39,420 nt of DNA from Clostridia bacterium (GCA_017444965.1 JAFSVO010000098.1:1-39420), one strand, 5' to 3'. Counted from the stretch's first letter, positions 27,301 through 32,990 are shown. Translations and numbers: made by a program. Notes: generated by a model from the letters alone, not told the origin.

Positions 27301-27679
27301 AATGGATATAGTCGTTTTTGATCTGCATCTGCACGCCGGGAGTTATGCCGCTGACGGCGACGGTATATACGTGGCTGTCAAAGGCGGAGGGCGTGGGGCC
27401 GTTCGTCGATTTAAAGGCGACCGTGTCGGTAAGAACGATATGCCCGACGGCGTCGGGGTCGTTTGAAAGCCCCGCTTCGACCATAAGGGCGTTTAGGCGG
27501 GCGTAGGCTTTCGACATAGTTTTGACAGGCGTATCCGAACTTGCGCCGCTGTTATCGTCGCTGCCCGAATTGCCGACGTAAACCGTCAAAGGGGCGCTTT
27601 CGGCGAAAGCGGAAAGCGTCAGGGCGAATAACACCGCCGCGGCGAAAAGGATAAACGTAATACACTTACGCGCCTTCAT
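24320..27679 (-). CDS. Secreted 1119-aa M14 zinc carboxypeptidase paralogue with one N-terminal beta-helix-like module
   Basis: It has the same layout as the downstream gene: GQIHSNE, VVPRVNPDG, DMNRD, IDAHEF and FLIETNG. Only 36 nt and no terminator separate it from the next gene. Confidence 0.85.
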   Translation of the reverse strand: MKARKCITFILFAAAVLFALTLSAFAESAPLTVYVGNSGSDDNSGASSDTPVKTMSKAYARLNALMVEAGLSNDPDAVGHIVLTDTVAFKSTNGPTPSAFDSHVYTVAVSGITPGVQMQIKNDYIHLGPTKYENITLKHLDNTTTNHSFFVANGYPLTIGENVTVLPDSSGYYFTIIGALRSGAYTGDTRLTVSSGTWRNIYAGSYLDDMTGDVYLTMTGGTVTTTVASSYSHAHTGNFYADVSNAHIRKISGANTNGSDKAKGNVVISLSGTDVSGDIVGGGLNGVTGDVTVSISDCAVKGSVTAVCSGKANIILDASFGKRLEFQKGEINASAFSGGGALVLSGDARLTLGSVTGTTSLQLLGDLYNGIPYITAPEGAPDGAFAYLPQGAETLYTKTAGGKKQWLISGGEDPVSLIISAPQDTTFTLYNGFKRTGGAVAPSETSTDGGATLYRYFLLPVGDYSYTCCGTGYYKVTRNFYYSEEKAAHDLYLDADPGKKTNAGFEPDEEVYYYTQEAVENILPSSPALWPDYAEVFKTPYFAPGHPENRGTSQDEMTSFIRSLDGEDDNMYLYVIGKTPSYGYDYPVVIFTKADLSGAATIEEAAAIIKADGKTTVHYQGQIHSNEPAGGESALALIRTLDGDYGESVLDSLDIYVVPRVNPDGARDYVRRNVKNGVDMNRDHLFMQSPETAMLHRVYNLFLPEVTIDAHEFNGPMDKDSFAVDDVQIGIAHNLNLSDAKNDISMAVANKCFIDVQNLGLRAYYYTGNNPYISSSNYAIGREYFGLAGSLSFLIETNGLYSGFGWFARRVMSQYAVAESIIDYVVKNGQAVRDAVAQYRAEVAEKGAAYDEDDLLVLKHDTSKTPVYALRPKWDLQNGTLSDAEATGTMNQKDKAVTARVRPTAYVIPKDAPGADRAAALIQKHGIYYYEINSGFSAYLRQYSGSSALAELLPEKAVTFENGAYVFPMDQGAGNILAVLLEPDVGDTKGYNGTLMQSGIIKAGGDGTIPIYRCVRDLENGKITLESHSHSFENGICAVCGEDSVAVTLSDGVFTLSGGLANGTRVFAAGYKDGRFVSAKELIWKGEPLSFAAPLWESAAVFFPGDGGAPLRGCIKTNY

Positions 27680-27792
27680 CGAAAAGCCCCCTTTCTTAAA
27701 TGTTTAATTGATATATATATAGATAATAATCCATTTTTACCATAACATAAAAAAGAGAGGATTTCAATATATTAATGGACGTTAATAATTTC

Positions 27793-27876
27793 CTTAGGGG
27801 AAAACCCTTTCGGGCGGGGAGGCCGCGGGATTAGTTTATAACAGAACAAAAAATCGGTTCCCCAAAGGGAACCGAT
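27793..27876. repeat. Copy A of a ~85-nt intergenic repeat ending in a 24-nt hairpin
   Basis: It aligns with 28948-29034. The hairpin ATCGGTTCCC-CAAA-GGGAACCGAT is 24/24 identical between the copies. The upstream ~60 nt are roughly two-thirds identical by eye. Confidence 0.8.
27846..27876 (-). terminator. Intrinsic terminator of the ECF S-component gene
   Basis: A 10-bp stem ATCGGTTCCC / GGGAACCGAT, followed on the minus strand by TTTTTTG. Confidence 0.7.
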
Positions 27877-27905
27877 AAAGAGAATATTGCTTTTTAAGCG
27901 GATGA

Positions 27906-28490
27906 TCACGCCCGTCTTTTCTGCGCTATCCGGATAAGACGGAGTATGACCGGGCAAAGGATAATATTGACCAGCATTTCAAATAAGAAATTGCCGCCGA
28001 CAAGACCGAATATCATATAGCGCCAGACGTTCTCAAACCCCATAGCGGTCCCCCATGCGGTAACGGTGGGCATGAAGAAGACGATGCAGCCCAAAAGAAA
28101 CACGCCGGTGTTTACAACGGGGCAGGAAAATGCGGCGAGGATCCCGGCAAACGTTTTGGATTTAGCCGAAAGCGCCCTGTAAAGAAGACCCGAGACAAAG
28201 CCCGCCAGACTTCCCTTTAAAAGCACGGTCAGTACGGTGCCGAAAATGCTTACCGCCAGAAACGGCGCCGCGTCGCCGCTGATAAGCACCGTCGCGCCGA
28301 AGACGAAGCCGAGCCAGGCGCCGGCGAAAGGCCCGTACAGAGTAGCGCCCAAAACGATGGGGACGAGGACGAGGGATATCGAAAAGGGGCCGAAGCGGAT
28401 GAACGCCCCGAGCAGCTGCAGTACGATGACTATCGCCGTGAACATGGCGATCCCCGTAAGTTCGCGGGTCTTTATACGCTTGTTACTCAT
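27906..28490 (-). CDS. ECF transporter S (substrate-capture) component, substrate unknown
   Basis: 194 aa with six hydrophobic helices. The N-terminus ..TRELTGIAMFTAIVIVLQ and the small-residue-rich GPFAGAWLGFVFG helix are typical of ECF S components. SD is GAGGAGG. No ecfA or ecfT is present in the window. Confidence 0.7.
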   Translation of the reverse strand: MSNKRIKTRELTGIAMFTAIVIVLQLLGAFIRFGPFSISLVLVPIVLGATLYGPFAGAWLGFVFGATVLISGDAAPFLAVSIFGTVLTVLLKGSLAGFVSGLLYRALSAKSKTFAGILAAFSCPVVNTGVFLLGCIVFFMPTVTAWGTAMGFENVWRYMIFGLVGGNFLFEMLVNIILCPVILRLIRIAQKRRA

Positions 28491-28566
28491 TTTTACCTCC
28501 TCGGCGCAGACTTGCCCGCGCCGGATGATGATCGGATGCGAAAAGGATATTCATATTATATTATAA

Positions 28567-28595
28567 TTTTATATAATATATCCTCCCGTTGTCAA
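28567..28595 (-). promoter_or_regulatory. Candidate promoter of the ECF S-component gene
   Basis: On the minus strand: TTGACA, a 16-18 nt spacer and TATAAA/TAAAAT. This would leave a 5' UTR of about 70 nt. Confidence 0.45.
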
Positions 28596-28630
28596 GAGTA
28601 AACAGCAAAGAAACAAGAGAAAGGCGGCGC

Positions 28631-28672
28631 GGACTGTTTTCTTAACGCAAAAACCCTTCCGGGTCAAGAGGC
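28631..28672. repeat. Copy B of a 42-nt direct repeat (partner at 28938-28979)
   Basis: GGACTGTTTTCTTAACGCAAAAACCCTTCCGGGTCAAGAGGC against ...CCCTCTCGGG...; 40/42 identical. Confidence 0.9.
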
Positions 28673-28739
28673 GGTCACTGAATGAGCTCGCTCTGCTTGC
28701 GGCCTCTTTGCAATTGCTTCGCAATTGCCCGGCTTAGTA

Positions 28740-28899
28740 GGCGGTGTCACTTGGGGAATAACCTATATCGGCTTTGTCTTTCGTCTTTATGCTTCGCAAA
28801 AAATGCTCGAAATAGATTTCCATTATTCCTGCGCTTTTTTGCTTGCCTAAAATCGAAATACTTTGCCGATATTACGACGATTCCCCAAGTGATCCCGCC
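28740..28899. repeat. 160-bp element bounded by ~33-bp imperfect inverted repeats (MITE-like or long hairpin)
   Basis: The left arm is GGCGGTGTCACTTGGGGAATAACCTATATCGGC. The right arm is GCCGATATTACGACGATTCCCCAAGTGATCCCGCC. Blocks of 8 and 13 nt are perfectly complementary. The core is AT-rich and about 92 bp long. Confidence 0.6.
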
Positions 28900-28937
28900 T
28901 TGGCGCCTGCGCCGATTTTTGCTGAAAACAGTCCACC

Positions 28938-29034
28938 GGACTGTTTTCTTAACGCAAAAACCCTCTCGGGTCAAGAGGCCGCAAGTAGGCTTATTACACA
29001 AAACAAAAATATCGGTTCCCCAAAGGGAACCGAT
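28938..29034. repeat. Copy C of the intergenic repeat (contains the 42-nt and the ~85-nt repeat units)
   Basis: See copies A and B. It includes GGGTCAAGAGGCCGCAAGT (28968-28986), the exact reverse complement of tRNA-Pro positions 29062-29080. Confidence 0.85.
29003..29034 (-). terminator. Intrinsic terminator downstream of tRNA-Pro
   Basis: It uses the same 24-nt hairpin as at 27853-27876, followed on the minus strand by ATTTTTGTTTTG. Confidence 0.7.
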
Positions 29035-29039
29035 ATTTT

Positions 29040-29115
29040 TGGTCCGAGTGACAAGACTTGAACTTGCGGCCTCTTGACCCCCAGTCAAGCGCGCTACCAG
29101 CTGCGCCACACCCGG
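29040..29115 (-). tRNA. tRNA-Pro (anticodon GGG), CCA encoded
   Basis: I folded the reverse complement CCGGGTG-TG-GCGC-AGCTGGTA-GCGC-G-CTTGA-CTGGGGG-TCAAG-AGGCC-GCAAG-TTCAAGT-CTTGT-CACTCGG-A-CCA by hand. It gives a 7-bp acceptor stem with one G.U pair, a 4-bp D stem, a 5-bp anticodon stem with loop CU-GGG-GG (G37 is typical of tRNA-Pro), and a 5-bp T stem with a TTCAAGT loop. Confidence 0.9.
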
Positions 29116-29123
29116 TCGTGCAA

Positions 29124-29152
29124 AAGTTATATTACCACACATATTATAATAA
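29124..29152 (-). promoter_or_regulatory. Candidate promoter of tRNA-Pro
   Basis: On the minus strand: TTGAAT, a 17-nt spacer and TAATAT. The -10 ends 8 nt upstream of the mature tRNA 5' end. Confidence 0.5.
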
Positions 29153-29229
29153 TTCAAGTATTTTTTAAAAAATAATATTATTAGCCTGCGACGGCGTATA
29201 CTTCATATTTTCCGAAACAGTCAGACATT

Positions 29230-29406
29230 CTATTTTACCTTTGACAGTCCGCGCTTGCGGAGCAGTATTTCAACAGCCTGATCTGCGCTGAGTTTTCCGT
29301 CTGAGATCTGTTCGCAGCAGCGAACGGCGTCCTTGCCGGGCGCCATACTCTCGATAGCGTTTGTCGACAGCGTATACGAAATATGTTCAGAGGCTTTTTT
29401 AGTCAT
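29230..29406 (-). CDS. 58-aa VbhA-like (Fic-antitoxin family) small protein, no partner gene
   Basis: The start is set at MTKKASEH, with AAGGAGGGTG 7 nt upstream. STNAIESMAPGKDAVRCCEQISDGKLSADQAVEILL resembles the VbhA helix pair, including a (S/T)xxxE inhibitory-helix-like TNAIE. Recognition is from memory. Confidence 0.5.
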   Translation of the reverse strand: MTKKASEHISYTLSTNAIESMAPGKDAVRCCEQISDGKLSADQAVEILLRKRGLSKVK

Positions 29407-29495
29407 TTGAAACACCCTCCTTACAACTTTTATTATATATCGCTTCGGGCAAAAAATCAAGCGATCGCGGTTTATAGAACGCCGCTCACCGGTTT

Positions 29496-30284
29496 TTATC
29501 CGAACGAAACGTCAAGCGCCATCATAACGATAAAGCCCAGAAGCACGCCCGCCGTCGCGAGCGTTTTATTATCTCTGAAAGAGTCGGGGATAAGCTCCGA
29601 GCAGACGACGGCTATCATGGCGCCCGCCGAAAAGGAAAGGGCGAAAGGCAGAACGGAGCGAACTGCGAGCGCGGCTAAAACGCCCAGCACCCCGGCGACC
29701 GGCTCGACAAGCCCCGAGCCCTGCCCGATAAGAAAGCTTTTAAACCGCGAAACGCCGCTTTGCCTTAGTGGGATCGCCACGCACGCCCCCTCGGGAAAGT
29801 TCTGTATCCCTATGCCGACGGCGAGCATGACGGCGCTGACGAGCTCGCCGTCGCCCTGCCCCGAAATTGACGCGTACCCGAAAGCCACGCCCACCGCGAG
29901 CCCCTCGGGTATATTGTGCAGAGTGACCGCCAAAGCGAGTAATATCGAGCGTTTAAGCGCGCCCTTCGAGCTCAGCGCCTCCGCCCGCGATAAAAAAGCG
30001 GAGGACAGCATGGTAAATACCCCGCCCGCGGCAAAGCCCAAAGACGCAGTCAGACAGCCGTTTTGTGAAAGCGCCGCCGAAAGCTCGAGCGCGGGCGCTA
30101 AAAGCGACCAGAAGGACGCGGCTATCATTACCCCCGCGGCAAAGCCCATCATAAGGTCGAGCGGCTTTTGCCGCACGTCCTTGAAAAAGAAGACGAGCGC
30201 CGCGCCCAAAGCCGTTACTGCGTAAGTAAACAAAGTCGCCGCAAGCCCCAAAGTTACGGGGTGCAGCGATGAAAAAGCGTTCAT
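29496..30284 (-). CDS. ZIP family divalent-metal transporter (ZupT-like)
   Basis: 262 aa and polytopic. The paired motifs LHNIPEGLAVG and IQNFPEGACV are characteristic of ZIP/ZupT permeases. Confidence 0.9.
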   Translation of the reverse strand: MNAFSSLHPVTLGLAATLFTYAVTALGAALVFFFKDVRQKPLDLMMGFAAGVMIAASFWSLLAPALELSAALSQNGCLTASLGFAAGGVFTMLSSAFLSRAEALSSKGALKRSILLALAVTLHNIPEGLAVGVAFGYASISGQGDGELVSAVMLAVGIGIQNFPEGACVAIPLRQSGVSRFKSFLIGQGSGLVEPVAGVLGVLAALAVRSVLPFALSFSAGAMIAVVCSELIPDSFRDNKTLATAGVLLGFIVMMALDVSFG

Positions 30285-30406
30285 AAGACCCCTCCGTTTT
30301 TACATCCTATGAAAAACGTACCGCAACTGTGAACTGTGCCAAGGAAAAAGAAAAGGACCCCCTAATACGTTTTTCGGGGATCCTTTTGTTTGGCGACATA
30401 TATATT

Positions 30407-30451
30407 TTAGTAAAAATATTTACTAAAGTCAATAGTAAATTTATTTACTGT
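30407..30451. promoter_or_regulatory. Two tandem palindromic operators upstream of the XRE gene
   Basis: O1 is TTAGTAAA-AATA-TTTACTAA (30407-30426, perfect 8-4-8). O2 is ATAGTAAA-TTTA-TTTACTGT (30432-30451, 7/8). The centres are 25 bp apart. O2 abuts a -10-like TATAAAAT (30452-30459). Confidence 0.55.
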
Positions 30452-30479
30452 TATAAAATATCCTCAGAGGTGGTGCGGT

Positions 30480-30692
30480 ATGGATTATACGCAAAGACTG
30501 CGTAATTTAAGAGAAGACAGGGATGAAACCCAGACGCAGATAGCTCGGATACTCGGTACGTCGCAGACTATGTACGCGAGATACGAAAGAGGGGCAAACG
30601 AATTGCCGCTGCGTCACCTGATAAAACTTGCCGATCATTATGGCGTTACGACCGATTTTATTTTATGCAGAACAGAAAAAAGCGGGAAATGA
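30480..30692 (+). CDS. XRE/Cro-type helix-turn-helix transcriptional regulator
   Basis: 70 aa. LRNLREDRDETQTQIARILGTSQTMYARYERG is a canonical HTH_3 pattern. Confidence 0.85.
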   Translation: MDYTQRLRNLREDRDETQTQIARILGTSQTMYARYERGANELPLRHLIKLADHYGVTTDFILCRTEKSGK

Positions 30693-30706
30693 TCCCGCTT
30701 TTCTCT
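30676..30706. terminator. Bidirectional terminator between the XRE gene and azlD
   Basis: AAAAA-AGCGGGA-AATGA-TCCCGCT-TTTCTCT. The XRE stop codon lies in the loop. Confidence 0.7.
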
Positions 30707-30721
30707 ATGTAAAAAGGCGTT

Positions 30722-31021
30722 TTATATGAACAGTTCGAGCAGAAACACGGTCGCGCAGCAGGCGCTGGCGACGACGAAAAGACTTCCGCCGAAAAGGGAA
30801 ACGGCAATTCCGACGATAAGCGCCGCCGCCCCCGCGAGGGGTTTTTCGGTCGCCTGAACTATGGCGGGGAAGGTCATGACGGCGAGCGTGACGTAAGGCA
30901 CGTAGTAAAGGAAAGAGCGGAAAAAGCGGCTTTTTATCGGCTTGCGGAAAAGCGTCAGCGGAAGCACGCGCACGGCGTAGATGGTAGCGAAACCGATAAG
31001 TATGTAAACGTAATTACTCAT
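30722..31021 (-). CDS. azlD: AzlD-like branched-chain amino acid exporter small subunit
   Basis: 99 aa with 3-4 transmembrane helices. It overlaps the azlC 3' end by 8 nt, the usual azlCD arrangement. Confidence 0.8.
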   Translation of the reverse strand: MSNYVYILIGFATIYAVRVLPLTLFRKPIKSRFFRSFLYYVPYVTLAVMTFPAIVQATEKPLAGAAALIVGIAVSLFGGSLFVVASACCATVFLLELFI

Positions 31022-31733
31022 CGCGCGCCTCCTCCTTTGCGGGGAAAATAAGCGCGGCGGCGGCGGACAGCACGACCGTTAAGATAATGGTGCGCATTCC
31101 CGTCGATATTTCGGACAAAAGGGGCAGAACGCCGAAAAGCCAGCTGAAAAGAAAGCCGCACGCGACGCACAGCGCTATGGGCAGGCTTTTTTTCATCGGC
31201 GGTATTATGGTCGCGAGGAACATTCCGTAAAGAGCGACGCTTAAAGCGCTGACGAGCCGCGCGGGGAGCAGCGTGCCCATAATAATTCCGAGCGCCGTGC
31301 CGACAGACCAGCCGGGTACGGCGAGAAGCATTATTCCGTAATTGTAGGCGGGCTCAACGTACCCTTTGCGGGCGATAGTCGCGCCGAATATCTCGTCGGT
31401 CACGACGGCGCCCACGGTAAGGCGGTGGAAAAAAGGCGTGTCGGGTGAAAAGCGCTGCGAAAGAGCGCAGCTCATAAGAAAATATCTGGCGTTCGTGATA
31501 AGCGTCAGCACGATGACCTCAATAACCGGCGCGCCCGCGCCGATAAGGGTGAAAAGGGCGTACTCGCCCGCGGACGCCATACATAAAAAGCTCGCCGTAA
31601 AGCCCTGAAGCGGGGTGACCCCCGCGCTTTTCGCGGCTATTCCCAAAGAGAACGCCACGGCGAAATAACCCAGACCTATCGGCAAGCCGTCGCGCATGCC
31701 CTCAAGAAAAGGCGACGGCTTTTTATTCGGCAT
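31014..31733 (-). CDS. azlC: AzlC-like branched-chain amino acid exporter large subunit
   Basis: FLEGMRDGLPIGLGYFAVAFSLGI is the AzlC family N-terminus. The start is set at MPNKK (ATG 31733); the track ORF extends 14 codons further upstream. Confidence 0.8.
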   Translation of the reverse strand: MPNKKPSPFLEGMRDGLPIGLGYFAVAFSLGIAAKSAGVTPLQGFTASFLCMASAGEYALFTLIGAGAPVIEVIVLTLITNARYFLMSCALSQRFSPDTPFFHRLTVGAVVTDEIFGATIARKGYVEPAYNYGIMLLAVPGWSVGTALGIIMGTLLPARLVSALSVALYGMFLATIIPPMKKSLPIALCVACGFLFSWLFGVLPLLSEISTGMRTIILTVVLSAAAALIFPAKEEARDE

Positions 31734-31842
31734 AATATCACATCCGTAAAAAGATTTCCGCAGAAATTGTACCATTATATAATTATAAAGTCAACGGAAA
31801 AGCCCGCGGGTAAAAACCCGCGGGCTGATATTTAATATTATT

Positions 31843-32544
31843 TCAAACCGTCTCGTAGCCGCAGAATTCAATAGCCGCCTTGGCGAGCGCGTAGGTGGGG
31901 TCGGCAAAATCGCCCGGGGTCTTAAGCTCTTCGGCGATTATGGGAAGCTCGGTGCAGCCTAAAATGAAATAGTCGGCGCCGCGCGCCCTGCCGTTTTCTA
32001 GCACCCTGTCCCAATCGGCGGCGACCGAAGACAGCGGCGCGCCCGCCTTTACGCCGTCGTAAATAACGCGCATAAGACGGCGCGTATCCTCTTCGTCCGG
32101 CTTTATAAAAGGCACGCCCGCCTTTGAAAGGGCCTTGTCGTAAAGCCCCATCGCGAGCGTCGCCGCGGTGCCGAGTATGCAGGCGGTCTTTTCGGGGAAG
32201 GTCCTTTTGCAGAAATCCGCCGTGGCGTCCGTTATGCTTATAAAGGGCACATTTGTCAGCGAAGAAAGCTCGTCGATGTAATAATGCGCCGTGTTGCAGG
32301 GCATTATTATACATTCGGCGCCGCACGCCTCAAGCTTGCGGAGCGAATCCGTCATGGCGGGCAGGGGCGAGGGGCCGCCGCGCAGAATGGCGCCCGTCCT
32401 GTCGGGAATGGAAGAATTGTCGTCTATGTAAATGCGGATATGGTCGTTGTCGTGTGATGCGCGTGTGTTCAGCACTATTTTTCTGAACAGATCCGCCGTG
32501 GCGAGGGGGCCCATACCGCCTAAAATACCTAAAGCTTTTTTCAT
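31843..32544 (-). CDS. Aspartate/glutamate racemase family protein (aspartate racemase-like)
   Basis: It has GILGGMGP and the two catalytic-Cys blocks MPCNTAH and LGCTELP. SD is GGAGG. Confidence 0.85.
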   Translation of the reverse strand: MKKALGILGGMGPLATADLFRKIVLNTRASHDNDHIRIYIDDNSSIPDRTGAILRGGPSPLPAMTDSLRKLEACGAECIIMPCNTAHYYIDELSSLTNVPFISITDATADFCKRTFPEKTACILGTAATLAMGLYDKALSKAGVPFIKPDEEDTRRLMRVIYDGVKAGAPLSSVAADWDRVLENGRARGADYFILGCTELPIIAEELKTPGDFADPTYALAKAAIEFCGYETV

Positions 32545-32560
32545 TGAATACCTCCGTAAA

Positions 32561-32601
32561 TAAAAACACGGACCGTTGCGGAAACATCCGAAACGGTCCG
32601 T
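32561..32601 (-). terminator. Intrinsic terminator after the ferredoxin gene
   Basis: On the minus strand: ACGGACCGTT, a 14-nt loop, AACGGTCCGT, then GTTTTTATTT. Confidence 0.6.
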
Positions 32602-32613
32602 ATCCGTCGCAAA

Positions 32614-32781
32614 TTATTCCTTGATCGCTTCGACGGGGCACTGAGCCGCGCAGGAACCGCAGCTGATGCAAACGTTTTCGTCAATGACGTAAACGCCGCC
32701 GTTCTCCTTAATAGCGTCGACCGGGCACTGAGCCGCGCAGGAACCGCAGCCTATGCATTCACCACCGATTTTGAAAGCCAT
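32614..32781 (-). CDS. fdx: 55-aa clostridial-type 2x[4Fe-4S] ferredoxin (absent from the supplied ORF track)
   Basis: My own translation is MAFKIGGECIGCGSCAAQCPVDAIKENGGVYVIDENVCISCGSCAAQCPVEAIKE. It has two CxxCxxCxxxCP motifs. SD AAGGAGGTG lies 7 nt upstream. Confidence 0.9.
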   Translation of the reverse strand: MAFKIGGECIGCGSCAAQCPVDAIKENGGVYVIDENVCISCGSCAAQCPVEAIKE

Positions 32782-32990
32782 TAAAAGCACCTCCTTGTTA
32801 AATATATTTTCATCAATTCAATTTTATCACGAATTTTACAAAAATCAAGAAATATTGCAAATTCTTTTGCAGACACTAAAAAACGGAGGTGTATGAAAAT
32901 GAAGGAAAAGGACGCCGTGATGCCGTGGGGCAACCGGCAATCGCTGTCAACGCCGCATAAAAACCGTTTTTTCAGGGAAAGGAGGCCGAA

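Noticed and set aside
28491-28566. Riboswitch in the ~70-nt leader of the ECF S-component gene
   Set aside because: I looked for TPP (CUGAGA/ACCUGA), preQ1, THF and FMN core motifs and found none. Only a CATCCG direct repeat and a short GGCGC/GCGCC hairpin next to the SD are present. That is not enough to call a riboswitch, though an Rfam scan would settle it.
28662-28678. CtsR-box-like direct repeat GGTCAAG-AGGC-GGTCACT
   Set aside because: The spacer is 4 nt and lacks the central A of the RGTCADN-NAN-RGTCADN consensus. The site is part of the tRNA-fragment repeat and is not upstream of any clp or chaperone gene.
27853-29034. Possible CRISPR-like array, because of the identical 24-nt palindromic repeats
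   Set aside because: There are only two copies, about 1.1 kb apart. Each functions as a terminator hairpin with a T-run. There is no regular spacing and no cas genes.
28747-29157. 136-aa minus-strand ORF, and the related 61-aa ORF at 27772-27957 sharing IGSLWGTD
   Set aside because: The larger ORF overlaps the tRNA-Pro gene and the intergenic repeats. The shared peptide is just the translation of the repeated terminator hairpin.
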